The notes below the pieces were generated by a model. The model saw only the letters and a program-made list of their open reading frames with translations, did no database searches and was not told the DNA's origin. A DNA stretch of 64,000 bases from Octopus bimaculoides (Eukaryota), in NCBI RefSeq assembly GCF_001194135.2, contig NC_068984.1, positions 17,489,391 through 17,553,390 on the forward strand. The letters run 5' to 3'. The translations under genes and the position numbers were made by a program. Of the stretch, positions 47,748-60,339 are shown in pieces (position 1 is the first letter of the stretch; each line of letters begins with the position of its first letter).

Positions 47748-47984
47748 ATATAAACCCCTCCTCATAAGTTTACTTTATCAGGGTTGAGATGGGACTGATT
47801 TGAACCCAGGTCCCTGGGTACATGGTCAGACATCACAAGCAAACCACCATAGTTTCACGAAACAATAGTGTGGACAGGTTTTCTTGAACATTCTAGAATT
47901 TGACTTGCCGTCTCCTATAAAAACTATTTGGCATGAGCCAAGAAAGTGGCTACAGCAGATGACACAGATAGATGACAGGAACCT

Positions 47985-48145
47985 CCATCATCATCCTCAT
48001 CATCACTGTTATCATTTAACATCCATTTTCAATGCTGGCATGGGTTGGACGGTTTGACTGAAAACTAGTAAGCTGGTAAGCTGCACCAGGTTCCTCTCTG
48101 ATTTGGCATGGTTTCTATGGTTGGATGCCCTTCCTAATGCCACAG
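47985..48145 (-). mobile_element. Repeat family C, diverged
   Basis: (cat)n, ttaacatccattttcaatgctggcatggg..ggatgcccttcctaatgcc. Confidence 0.8.
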
Positions 48146-48869
48146 GCACAGATGCTAGTTACATAATGCCAGAATTCACCATGTTTCCGATCTCACTTGG
48201 CTTGACCATGAATATAGCACAACCGTTTTCAGTTATGTTGGGTAAGCCACATATTGCCATATGAATAGCTTGGCCTAAACTCCAAGCAGTATGTTTCTCT
48301 CTCCAAGTATGTAATTATTGCCATTGTTATTTGTAAAAGGTCAACAGTTTGTCTTTATGAGTGATAATAAAATCTTCTGTAAAATGTTCACAGATTGTCG
48401 CTCAGTTACTTCTACATGCAGCCCAAGAAACATATTTTCATTCATCAGTTCAACCAGCCAACATCACAGACCAGACCGACAACCTCTCAAGCCACAACAG
48501 GGCAAAACAACAACGAAACAACAACAAAACAACAACAACAACAATAATGATAACAACAACTGCAATGACAACAACACCAGAAACAACAGTAAACACAATA
48601 ACAGCAGCAACAACAACAATGAGAAAAGCAATGACGTCAGGAATAACAACAAGAACAACAGCAGCAGCAGCAGCAGCCGTTTCCTTTAGAGACCCTTCAT
48701 TGTTCGGTTCCTGATTCTGCCAGATTTTGTTTTTCAGGAATTAATCGTTGGTTACGACAAACAAGTTAATTACTTGGCTTAAAATAAATATTTTACAGTG
48801 TTTTAAAAATTAAGAAGTGATCATCGTTAAAGTTGGGTAAATTACTTTCGGAGAGTAAAAGGGAGAGAA

Positions 48870-49160
48870 GGAGAGAGAGAGAGAGAGTAAGAGAGTGAGT
48901 GAGAGAGAGAGAGAGAAGGAGAGATTGGCAGCGAAAGATAGGCAGAGAGAGTCAGAGAGAGAATGTTGTAGCATATGTAATCATTGTTTACATGAGAATA
49001 TGTGTGTGTGTGTGTATGTGTGTGTATGTATGTGTGTGTATGTGTGTGTGTGTGTATGTGTGTGTGTGTATGTGTGTGTGTGTATGTGTGTGTGTATGTG
49101 TGTGTGTATGTATGTGTGTGTGTGTGTATGTGTGTGTGTGTGTGTATGTGTGTGAGAGAC
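48870..49160. repeat. (GA)n plus (TG/TA)n microsatellites
   Basis: Direct read. Confidence 0.92.
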
Positions 49161-49484
49161 AGAGCAAGATGCTGGAGGATATGTAAACAGTTGTTGTGTA
49201 TAAGAGAGGGAAGAGAGGAAAAGAAAGAACGAGGGAGTATAGAAAAAGGCAAAAAGTGGAACTAAAGACAGGGTTAGAGACAAGCTGATAGAAAGGTGAT
49301 AAAGTGATAAAGATAAGTCTGTTGCCAAAAGAGAAGAGCATTAAAGATATTTTCAAATGATAATCTTTATTGTTTTACATAGAATTGTAAAATGTGACGA
49401 AGCATCCAGTATAGATTCTTGCCGAAAGAAAATGTCAGATTTGCTTCTCTTGTTATAAAACCATATTGTAATGCTTGTATGGCA

Positions 49485-49835
49485 ATGATGATGATGATCA
49501 TCATCGTTTAACGTCCGCCTGCCATGCTAGCATGGGTTGGATGATTTGACTGGGGACTGGCGAACCAGATGGCTGCACCAGGCTCCAATCTGATCTGGCA
49601 GAATTTCTACAGCTGGATGCCCTTCCTAACGCCAACCACTCTGAGAGTGTAGTGGGTGCTTTTACGTGCCACCGGCATGAAGGTCAGTCAGGCGGTACTG
49701 GCAATGGCCATGCTCAAAATGGTGTATTTTACGTGCCACCTGCACAGGAGCCAGTCCAGCGGCACTGGTAACGCCCTCGCTTGAATGTTCTTTTATGTGC
49801 CACTGGCACAAGTGCCAGTAAGGCGACACTGGTAT
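49485..49835 (-). mobile_element. Repeat family C, long form
   Basis: rc of 25900-26270 along its full length. Confidence 0.92.
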
Positions 49836-49904
49836 CCTGGGACATCATTTCTTTATTAGATAGTTTGTCTGTCCATACTATTCTCAATATTCTCCCAAAG
49901 AGTA

Positions 49905-50125
49905 TGGTGGCGAGCCGGCAGAAACGTTAGCACGCTGGGCAATATGCTTAGCGGTATTTCGTCTGTCTTTATGTTCTGAGTTCAAATTCCGCTGAGGTTG
50001 TATTTGCCTTTCATCCTTTGGGGGGGGGGGGTCGATGAATTAAATACCAGTTACATACTGGGGTTGATCTAATTGACTGACTCCCTCCCCAAAAATTTCA
50101 GGCCTTGTGCCTGGAATAGAAAAGA
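49905..50125 (+). mobile_element. SINE family B monomer
   Basis: ggtggcgagccggcagaaacgttagca..gagttcaaattcc..ggccttgtgcct. Confidence 0.9.
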
Positions 50126-50784
50126 AAAGAATATTCTCCCTAAGAATTACATTTCACAACACCTTCTGATTTTTGGTGTCATAGACCATGCTTAACCTCC
50201 GTACATTAACACAGGGTAGACATAGCAGTTCAATATACAGAACTTGTGCCCAGAGTATGGTTTCTGAAGATGTTTTACAATTTTCAGAATGCAGATTTTG
50301 CCAACACTATTTGTCTTGGGAAAGAACACTGCATTTAATTCGCCTTTTCACAATGCATCTGCATTAATTATGATACTCATGCAGCTACTTTAATTTAATA
50401 CTGCTTCCGTTGCATATAACTGATTTTTATTCAGCCCGGTGGCAAATTGCAGCATCAGTGAGTTTTTTCAATTACTGTTTCCCTATATTAATAGTAACAG
50501 ATTTTGTCTTAGCACGTGGCTGACAGTAAATACATGCTTCTATGCTTCTGACAAAGTTCAATGAGGCAGAAATGCACATCTAGCATTCTCACTGCCACAG
50601 TTTGACAATAATCATCTGCTACTAATATATTTGTGCTTAAAAATACAGTCAGTCCATAAGATATATTTTCTCCAGATGAACACTGTTGCTAATTTGCTTT
50701 TATACAATGTATTTACATCAAATATTATGCACAGAATTTACACAAAAGTGTGTAATACATCAAAAGTATATAACACATCAAGTA

Positions 50785-51105
50785 TTACTCTTTTACTTGT
50801 TTCAGTCATTTGACTGTGGCCATGCTGGAGCACCGCCTTTAGTCAAGCAAATCAACCCCAGGACTTATTCTTTGTAAGCCTAGTACTTATTCTATCGGTT
50901 TCTTTTGCCGAACCGCTAAGTTACGGGGACGTAAGCACATCAGCACCGGTTGTAAAGTGATGTTGGGAGGACAAACACAGACACACAAACATATACACAC
51001 ACATACATGTATATATATATACGACGGGCTTCTTTCAGTTTCTGTTTACCAAATCCACTCACAAGGCTTTGGTCGGCCCGAAGCTATAGTAGAAGACACT
51101 TACCC
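50785..51105 (-). mobile_element. SINE family A lacking the tRNA head
   Basis: Near-consensus tail and body, ending at agaagacactta. Confidence 0.9.
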
Positions 51106-51719
51106 ACTTGTGTTTAATGATCTATAATGTTCCACTGTTCTAAGTTAGTAGCAGCAGGAAAGATTTCCAGAAGACTGACATACTGGGAACAAATGACTGA
51201 ATGTAGGAGAAGCATGGGGTAGTGTGAGGCTGGAAACCATATAAGGGCAAGAAATGAAGAAATGACTGAGTTAACGGTGCTGGAAGGAGAGACGGCACAT
51301 AATTAGCAGAGGCAAAAAGGCCATTGTAGCTGTGGTAGAAAAGACAGAGAAAGAGAGAGGGAGAGAGAGAAGACAGCCTATTACTGGGTAAGAGATTAAA
51401 GTGTGTTTGTTAGTGACTTCTTTTCAATTGGTTGAAATATTTTCAGCCGTGTGTCTATGTGTGTAACAGCACCACCACCACCCCACTGTTCCATTGGAAA
51501 AAGTATTTTCTGGCTCTGAGGAGGAAGGTCGGAAGGTTTGAACTCATAACCTTATAGTTCATAGTCCACTGATTTCTTATTATCTATCTAACCAAGAAGA
51601 ATGATGACTTAATGTGAAAGCATTATGGCTTTTCTTTTTTAATCTAGACAGATGTGATGTGAGAGTTTTGGCTGCTATTTCTAGCACGTCATACAACCCT
51701 ACAGAGGGATCCTTGCTGG

Positions 51720-52205
51720 ATCAAGTAGTAGTGGTGGTGATGAAAGCTGTGATGATGATGATGATGATAATGACAATGATGATAATGGTGGTAATGGAGG
51801 TGGTGATGATGATGATGATGATGATGGTGGTGGAGGTAGTGATGATGATGGTGGTGGAGGTGGTGATGATAATGATGATGATGACGATGATGATGGTGGT
51901 GGAGGTGGTGATGATGATGATAATGATGACGATAATGATGGTGGAGGTGGTGATGATGACGACGATGATGATGATGTTGATGATAATGATGTTGATGATG
52001 ATGATGATGATGATAGGAGTGGTGGTGATGATGATGATGATGATGATGATAGGAGTGGTGATGATGACGATGATGATGATGATGGTGATGGTGGTAGTGT
52101 TGACGACAATAGTTGTGGTTATGATGATGGTAGTAGAGATGATACTGATGACGATGATGATGATGATGATGATGATAGCTGCTGCAGCAGCAGCAGCAGC
52201 GATGA
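51720..52205. repeat. (GAT/GGT)n low-complexity tract
   Basis: Direct read; source of the poly-M/H/S ORFs. Confidence 0.93.
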
Positions 52206-52624
52206 TTGCTATTTCTGGTCCAGGGCATCATGGTACGCTTCATAGTTGAAGGCTGTAATAAAAAATGAAACATCTTTCCACTTACACTTGGAATGCTTTT
52301 ACCAAATAAAATATGATTCTAGGCAACTGTCTCTCATTACAGAAATTTATTTAGCTACAATTTAGAAACAATTACCTCCATAAGTTTGACAAGAAAGTAC
52401 TCCGGGTCATGTCTTGAAGTAGTGAAATACAGCAACAACAGCAACAACAACAACAATGGAAAAATCTCTTTGGTCACATCATTCTGACAGCACTTCATTA
52501 GCTGTGAACATAGACACAATGAAAACTATGTCCTTGAACTTTCTTACTGAGTTCCCAGACCGACAGAACAAAAATGATTCACTCAACTTTACTAACTTCA
52601 CGTCACCGTCAAGCTTTAGCCATA

Positions 52625-53008
52625 TTACTCTTTTACTTGTTTCAGTCATTTGACTGCAGCCATGCTGGAGCACCACCTTTTGTCGAACAAATCGACCCCA
52701 GGACTTATTCTTTGTAAGCCTAGTACTTATTCTATCGGTCTCTTTTGCCGAGCCGCTAAGTTGCGGGGACGTAAACACACCAGTGTCGGTTGTCAAGCGA
52801 TGTTGTGGGGACAAACACAGACACACACACATATATATATACATATATACGACGGGTTTCTTTCAGTTTCCGTCTACCAAATCCACTCACAAGGCTTTGG
52901 TCGGCCCGAGGCTATAGTAGAAGACACTTGTCCAAGGTGCCACGCAGTGGGATTGAACCCGGAACCATGTGGTTGGTAAGCAAGCTATTTACCACACAGC
53001 CACTCCTG
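52625..53008 (-). mobile_element. SINE family A, full-length, young
   Basis: CpG-rich near-consensus copy. Confidence 0.93.
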
Positions 53009-53029
53009 TTGACTACAATTCTGTAATAG

Positions 53030-53150
53030 TTGCCCTTCATGGTGTCAGGAAGAAACCATGCCACAACAGATGACTAGAGTCTGGCCAGCTCCTGTCAAAC
53101 TGTCTAACCCATGCTAGCGTGGAAAACGTATGCTAAAGAATGATGATGTT
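53030..53150 (+). mobile_element. Repeat family C-related 3' fragment
   Basis: caggaagaaacc..ctaacccatgctagcgtggaaaacg..(gat)n. Confidence 0.65.
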
Positions 53151-53459
53151 GGTAGTGGTGGTGGTGGTGGTGGTGGAGGTGGTAATGATGATGATGATGA
53201 TGGTGATGATGATGGTGGTGATGATGATGGTGATGACGATGACGGCGATGACAATGATGATGCTTTTCTTCTCATCACATCCTCATTAAGCAGCAGGATT
53301 CAGTATTTTGTAGATTCCTACTGCAGTCATGAAACAACTACAGAGTGAGCACATTGAATCTTATCTCACAATTCTAAGTAGCTTCACCAAAACTTTGTGA
53401 ATCTCACATTGTAACTACTGATGTATATTATTAATGTCCCTCTCTTTCACCTATTTTAC

Positions 53460-53625
53460 CTGAAATTCCACTCTCTGCTGAAACTAGTGTCTCCGGGACT
53501 TTGATTCCAGGTATCCTTTCTCTGTGTAATAAACCTGTCATTTACATGATGTAACAAACCTGTTGCTTTTTTCTCCAGCCCCACAAGGTCCAGTCGTTGT
53601 TGTGACAAGGTGGCTTGTGTGTCTC
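53460..53625 (-). CDS. Candidate exon (GDTQATLSQQRLDLVGLEKKATG..REWNF)
   Basis: rc acceptor ctattcagctctcctag, donor CAG|GTAAAA, 166 bp open in phase 1 to 2; unique sequence, no homology recognised. Confidence 0.27.
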
Positions 53626-53667
53626 CTAGGAGAGCTGAATAGATCATGCTGGATAGAGGCCAAACTA

Positions 53668-54863
53668 TTGGGTTGTCTGGAAAGTTTGTGCCGATTTATA
53701 GTAGCTTACCTTTCGACTTATTTTAGAACATGGTTGAGTCCATAAAATAGGATTTGACTACACCTCCATTTAGAGCACAGTTTAAGCTATCTTTTCGTGG
53801 AAGAAGGTTTATGTTCTTATAATCTGTGCTAATTCTGTAACCCTTTAAATTGGAAGATAAGAAAGTTAATTTTCAGCACTTGATGCTTTTCTTTTTCCGT
53901 AAAGGAAAAAATGCCTCACAAGCAACCAAAGAAATATGCGCAGTTTACGGTGATGTTTCTTTATCTGAAAGAACTGTACAGAAGTGGTTTGTAAGGTTCT
54001 GAGCTGGAGATTGTAGCCTTATTGATAAAGAGCGATCAAGCAGACCATCCACTACAGATGATAACCAAATCAAGTCATTAATTGAGAATAACCCACATTG
54101 CACAACCTGAGAATTGGCAGAAAGCCTCAACCTATCAAAATCCGTCGTTCATGAGCACCTAGTAAAACTTGGGTACACAAATTGCTACGATGTTTGGGTA
54201 CGACATGAGTTGAGTGAGAAGAACCTTTTGGATCGCATTTCCATCTGTGATTCGCTTTATAGATGGAATGAAAGCGCACCTTTTTTAAAGCAAATTGTGA
54301 CAGGTGATGAGAAATGGATTATCTACCGAAATGTTCAGAGAAAGCGATTCTAGAGTAAATGACATGAGCCTTCTCCCAAGTAACCAGACAATTAATTCTG
54401 ATAAATACTGCACACAACTGGACGAGTTAAAAGCAGCAATTCAAGAGAGATGTTCAGAATTGGCCAACAGGAAGGGGTGTTGTTTTCCAACATGATAATG
54501 CAAGACTGCACGTTTCTTTAGGAACCAGACAAAAATTGCTGCAGCTCGGTTGGGATGTGTTACCCCACCCTCCATATTCACCAGATATTGCTCCTTCAGA
54601 TTTCCACTTATTCAGGTCTCTGCAGAATAGTCTTAATGGTAAAAATTTCAATTCTTTGGATGACGTAAAAAGATACCTTGATGAATTCTTTGCCATGAAA
54701 CCACCTCAATTTTGGGAAGAGGGTATTTTCAAGTTAAAGGAAAGATGGAGACGCATTGTGCAACAAAATGGTTCATATTTGGTTGTTTAAAAATATAATG
54801 GCAAGTATTTATTGACCTTTTTCTTTCCTTTAAAAATCGGCACAAACTTTTCGGACAACCCAA
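53668..54863 (+). mobile_element. Mariner (DD34D) element with internal deletion
   Basis: 30-bp TIRs ttgggttgtc(t/c)g(g/a)aaagtttgtgccgattt (28/30), TA on both sides, 1196 bp. Confidence 0.93.
53850..54790 (+). pseudogene. Mariner transposase pseudogene
   Basis: WV(R)HEL, VTGDEKWI, HDNAR, HPPYSPDIAPSDFHLF (34-residue spacing); stops, frameshift and loss of the segment before ELLP. Confidence 0.93.
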
Positions 54864-55867
54864 TAATATGAATCACATCTTCCCAGATATGAAAATGATT
54901 TTGTGTAGAGCCAGCTTCTCTACCTTGAAAAAACGAAAAGTTAGCTTCAATGGCAATTCAAAACCAATAAGACCTGAGAGAACAAAGCTTTCCTTCAAGA
55001 AGCAGGAATCCAACTGGAGAGAAGCAGAAACATCAACATGAAATGGGAATGAAAGTACAGGTAAAGGCAGCCCCGGGAGAAGTTGTTGGCCTTTGCTCCA
55101 TAAGGTGTAAAGTGCTAATGTGAAGAAGTCTGTTCTCTAAGAAGCTTTCTCATCTTAAAACAAATTTGAAATCAATTGAAAGGAAGACTATGATTCTCAT
55201 AGAAAGTGTTAGGAAGTGGTGAGTTTTTTTTTTATTTCTACTTCAAATATATTTTGCATTGTGAACTTATCTCATTCATATTTTAGTCAGAAAAAGTAAT
55301 GTAAAAAATGAAGAATGATAAGATTATTCATTGGTATAAGGAATTATCACTCAACAGTTTTGACATCTGACACACACCCAGTAAAGATAACACAGCTATT
55401 GATGTTCTGCTCTTACTAGATACTTCTCAATATATCACCACCTGAAATCATTGATTGTATAAACTTTTATATCATTCTAGAATGACTTGATTATGACACT
55501 AGGTCAAATCTAAGAACTTGCTTTTTTTTTTTCTATGGAAGACATTTAAAAAAAACTTATGATGAATGCATCTCATAATTCTACCATTCTCTTAACGTCA
55601 AACTCATGTCACTCAACATTTTGAGCATTTCAGTGTCAATTTTAAGTGACCCTTGCCATTCTATAACTCTTATAGCTACTTTTTTGTGGTTATGGGAGAA
55701 TAACCAAGGTTTTCCTTTGCATGTTCAGATATGACAGCACTTACCCTAATTCACTGCTTTCAAAATATATTCTTTATGTTTGCTGCTCTGACTTTGATCC
55801 ACCCCAAGTGAGCATCTCAAGTTATGTCTCAAGTTGCTTGTACTCTTTTGAAGAACAATAAGAATCT

Positions 55868-55955
55868 CAGTCGTGGCTGTGTGGTTCAGAAGTTCAATTT
55901 TCAACAATGTGACTTTAAGTTCACTCCCACTGCATGGTACCTTCGGCAAGTGTTC
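55868..55955 (+). mobile_element. SINE family A head fragment
   Basis: gtggctgtgtggttcag..cccactgcatggtaccttcggcaagtgt. Confidence 0.65.
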
Positions 55956-56026
55956 CAGATTAAGCAATCCTCCATGCCATCCTACTGAAAACAGTCAAGC
56001 CAAATGTCTAAATGCAACAACACAGG

Positions 56027-56165
56027 CCAGAAATTCCGAGCCGGAAACTACAGCCTAGAAGATGAGCCTCATCTTGGAAGATCTGTAGAACTTGACAAGG
56101 ATGTCTTGCAAATCCTGGTGGAACAAAATCCCATCGTAACTGTTGAGGAACTAGCAAAGAAGTTG
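56027..56165 (+). mobile_element. Mariner transposase N-terminal fragment (second family)
   Basis: QKFRAGNYSLEDEPHLGRSVELDKDVLQILVEQNPIVTVEELAKKL matches the mariner F..G..SLED..R.GRP/HTH region. Confidence 0.82.
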
Positions 56166-57045
56166 CCGGAAAAAGAAAAATCACTACAGAGTGACATCTT
56201 AGAAGAATTGTGATGAACCCAACACATCAAGAAATACTGTTTTGCTTTCAGTATCACTCATCAATGAAACAGAATTTACTTAGATGGATGGATGGATGGA
56301 TGGATGGATGATTTTCTGAACTTGGTTTAATCCTGACAATAAATACGAGCCACAAGTTAAGGATGTTGAAACAAACTGATGTTATTTATATCTGTGTTGA
56401 AATGGAATATACCAATGATCAAACTGATACAATAGCAACAAAAAATACGGTCCAATCTGAAGCTCCATAGGGAATCAATCAAACTCTGGTTCCATTGGTG
56501 GTTGCTATGATGTCCACTTGTCGAGGAATCCAGCCCATGTTGCAAGCTCTGGATCTGTTGATGGTTAATCTCTTGATGGTTGTTGCTTTGACATGCAAAG
56601 CAGTTTGACTCAGTAAGCATGTGAGCAGGAACAGTCCAGTATTGATCCAATTATTGAAGAGGAAATCGTGGCTCCTACCATATAAATTTCCTCACTGCTC
56701 AACAAGAACCTGGAGACCACTGGATGGATTTAAATATTTAAAAGTACTGGTGAATGCTATGAAATCGTTATTACTACTTCCGGACATAGAGTATTGCTAT
56801 ACTTTTGTTGGAGACTGGCAGCCAGCCATATGCAATAAAAACGAACATGTTTACACGTGTACTTCAAATACTGAAGTTGAATGTTTAAGCCAAATAAAAC
56901 GATTTCATTTTGGCAATTGTTTCTCAACACAACAGCAACGAAAGTGGTGTGACGATGATGATAACTGTGGTGATGATGAAAGAAGCAGTGGAAATGAAAG
57001 CTGTGGAGATGAGATCTGTAGCAATGACATCACTGGTGATGAAAA

Positions 57046-57670
57046 TTAGGTGCGGATGTGGCTGTGTGGGAAGAAGCTTGCATCCCAACCACATGGTTCT
57101 GGGTTCAGTCCTACTGTGTGGCACCTTGGACTCGTGTTTTCTATTATAGCCTCAGGATGATCAAAGTCTTGCGAGTGGAATTGGTTAAATGAAACTGAAA
57201 GAAACCCGACACACACAAACACAAACACACACACATACACACACACATTGGGCATTCTCATAAATAATGCAGTTTTTTCAATTGCCTGAACTAAAAGTCT
57301 GAGGGGGACAGGATGAACTACCTAAATCAACTTGCTATAAAAACAGGTAGTAATTTTACCTTGCCCTTATTCTTAGTGCAAGTGACTGCGTTTATTATTT
57401 TACATACATGTGTGTGTGTGTGTGCGTGTGTGTGTGTGTGTGTATGTGTCTTAATGTCTATGTTTGTCCTCCACCCCTACTTGACAACCAATATGGGTGT
57501 GTTTACATCCCTGTTACTTAGCAGTCTGGCAAAAGAGACTGATAGAATAAATACCAGGCTTAAACACAAAAGAAACCTGGGATTGATTCATTCTACTAAA
57601 AGTTCTTCAAGGCAGTGCCCCAGTATGGCCACAGTTTAATGACTGAAACATGTAAAAGATAAAAGATAAA
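57046..57670 (+). mobile_element. SINE family A, split (head 57046-57245, tail 57395-57670) with a B fragment between
   Basis: ttaggtgcggatgtggctgtgtgg..gggttcagtcct; tail gactgaaacatgtaaaagat. Confidence 0.78.
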
Positions 57671-58109
57671 ACTACATACAATGAATGTGATAATAACAGA
57701 GGATAGTAACATATAAGTGGCTCCAGGACAGGCCTGATAAATTAGACCTATTGTCAAAGCAATTACAGCTGTGACCATCCTGCATTTTGCTATAGAACAG
57801 CTTTGATGATAACAGGTCACAGTGAAATTTTGGCTGTCTTGACTGGTAAGAATAACTGTGACCACACATTAGCTGTAGGTGTTGTTTGATCTCAGGTTAT
57901 GCCTGATCAATTAACCAAGTTATCAATAGTTCCCGCTGTGACTGTCCTGGATTTTGCTAGAGAATAGCAAAGATGAAAGCAAATCACAGTAAAATGTTGT
58001 TTGCAAAGTTTGGTAACAGTAACTGTTGACCAGAGACCTGTTATCTCCTGCATGTCTTGTGGTCCGTGTTGCTTGTATCTTTCCTTTGTTGACTTACAAA
58101 GGAGGGTTC

Positions 58110-58618
58110 AAGAGGAACATCAGTAACATCAACCTCCGTCAAGGTCCTGGGGTCGGTTTGTTTGACTAAAAGGTGGTATGCCAGCATGGCCACAGTCAAA
58201 CGACTGAAACGAATAAAAGAATACATTCTTTTTTACTTGTTTCAGCCATTGGTCTGCAGCTACGTTAGGGAACCGCGTCAAATAATGTTTAATGGAATAA
58301 ATCATTCCCAGTACTTGTTATGTGTCTTTAAGCTTGGCAGTTGCTCTGTTGGTCGCTTTTGCTGAACTGCTAAGTTACAGGGACATAAAAACACCAACAC
58401 CAGTTGTCTAGTGCTAGTGGAGGACAAACATTATACACACATACATATATACAACAGGCTTCTTTCATTTTTCCATAAATCAAATTCACTCACAAGGCTT
58501 TGGTTGGCCTAAGACTATAATAGAAGATAGTTGCCCAAGGTGCCAGACAGTGGGACTGAACAGAGAACTATGCGGTTGGGAAACAGACTTCTTACCACAC
58601 AGCCATGTCTGCACCTAT
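58110..58618. mobile_element. Tail-to-tail SINE family A pair (+ tail 58110-58225; - copy 58228-58618)
   Basis: gcatggccacagtcaaacgactgaaacgaataaaag abuts ttttacttgtttcagcc..accacacagccatg. Confidence 0.8.
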
Positions 58619-59131
58619 ATACATAATTTACAATTGTTTCGCTTGAGCTTTATCTCATGAATATTTCTTTATTATGTAATAAAATATACAGCTATTGATT
58701 CTTTAGGCATCATTGAAACTATACATACTGAATATGTCTCATCAGAATTATGAATAAAAGTGATTTGAGCTAATGACTTTTATGCGTAATTCTGAGGAGT
58801 TGAATTTGTTATGATTACAAGGATACCTTAGGAATCAATAGTTACATATATTAATGTTTAATATAGCAATATTCATGAGATCAAATCCAGACGAAACAAT
58901 TGTAAATTGATTTGATAAGAAGATTTGCTCACTTCGTTCTTCTGGTTTATAATTCTAAAGCTATATGGATATTTGTGGCTTTTCAGAAGTGCACTTGATA
59001 AAACAAACCTTCTCTGGATTACTGTCTTGTCTGATAGCCTGTACCAGTGAGTGAGCTTAATAGGGTAAACTCCAAGGTTAATACCTGAATGAAAAATTAT
59101 ATAGATATTATTATTATTATTATTATTATTA

Positions 59132-59186
<55 letters not shown>

Positions 59187-59631
59187 GTTCAGTAGTTTTA
59201 TTTTTATAACGTGCTTTCACTTCACTACCGAGCGCAGCTCTGTGCGCCTTGGGTATGTGCTGTGGTTTGCTGTGGTGCTCTTATGTTTACTGCATTGAAA
59301 GTGTTTTGCGTAGAATGTGTGCAGTACCCAGTAGTGCAATTTTCTGTATGTTATATATATTTGTAAGTCCTGGTGTTTTTGTTATGTATTTATCTGAATA
59401 TTTTTTTATTATACCTAAGGCACCTACTATGATAGGAATTGTTTCTGTTTTTAGACTCCACATTCGAGTTATCTCTATTTCCAGGTCTTCGTATTTTGAA
59501 AGTTTTTCCATTTCTTTTAGAGAAACGTTGTCATCTGCTGGTATTGATACATCAATTAGAAAGCATTTTTTTTCTTCATGATCTTTGACAACTATATCTG
59601 GTCTATTTGCCTTAATTTCTCTATCTGTGTG
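59187..59631 (-). mobile_element. RLE-type non-LTR retrotransposon 3' end (R4/Dong-like) in a TAA repeat
   Basis: HTDREIKANRPDIVVKD..LIDVSIP..EKLSKYEDLEIEITRMW..ALLGTAHILRK (PD-(D/E)xK endonuclease), uninterrupted; (TTA)n on both sides. Confidence 0.88.
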
Positions 59632-59704
59632 TTATTATTATTATTATTATCATTATTATTATTATTATTATCATCATCATCATCATTATTATTATTATTA
59701 TTTC

Positions 59705-59922
59705 AAGGCTGGCAGGCTGGCAGAATCGTTGGCACACTGGATGAAATGCTTAGCGGTATTTCACCTGTCGCTATGTTCTGTGTTCAAATTCCACAGAGGT
59801 CAACTTTGCTTTTCATCCTTTCAGGGTTGATAAATTAAGTACCAGTTGAGTACTGGGGTTGATGCAATCGACTTAACCCCCTCTCCCGAAATTTCAGGCC
59901 TTGTGCCTTTTATAGAAAGGAT
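59705..59922 (+). mobile_element. SINE family B monomer
   Basis: ctggcagaatcgttggc..gttcaaattcc..gataaattaagtaccag..ggccttgtgcc. Confidence 0.88.
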
Positions 59923-59924
59923 TA

Positions 59925-60115
59925 TTTAACATCCATTTTCCATGCTGGCATGGGTTGGAGGGTTTGACAGGAGCTGATAAGCTGGAGAGCTGCATAAGAC
60001 TCCACTGTCTACTTTGACATGATTTCTATGGCTGGGTACCCTTCCTAATTCTAACCACTTTACAGAGTAGACTGGGTGCTTTTTATGTGGCATCAGCACA
60101 TGGCACCGGCACCAG
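59925..60115 (-). mobile_element. Repeat family C, diverged
   Basis: ttaacatccattttccatgctggc..acccttcctaattctaaccac. Confidence 0.78.
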
Positions 60116-60339
60116 CAAGGTTGCCAAGATGTGGGGTAGCCATGTATCTTCACTATAGCAAGACACCTATGCTTGTCCCTCTACCTTACTTTTAACTCTC
60201 TAACACCTGGTATAAAACCACCACACTTCCCTCACAAATACTCCACTCCACTTAGCTGAGGAGGCTTTTTCTTTCTCCTTTTCCTTTTCTTGTCTTTCCT
60301 GTCTTGCAAGTTTACTTGGTGACCTCACTAGTGCTGGTG

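Noticed and set aside
50300-50560. Possible conserved non-coding element (TAATT-rich unique sequence)
   Set aside because: No support without cross-species alignment.
51614-52273. Met-rich or His-rich 194-211 aa proteins (also 45107-45809)
   Set aside because: Trinucleotide low-complexity tracts without splice or codon evidence.
54909-55043. Short open frame with KRKVSF (RVxF-like) after the mariner
   Set aside because: Only about 45 codons, weak acceptor and no homology; indistinguishable from chance.
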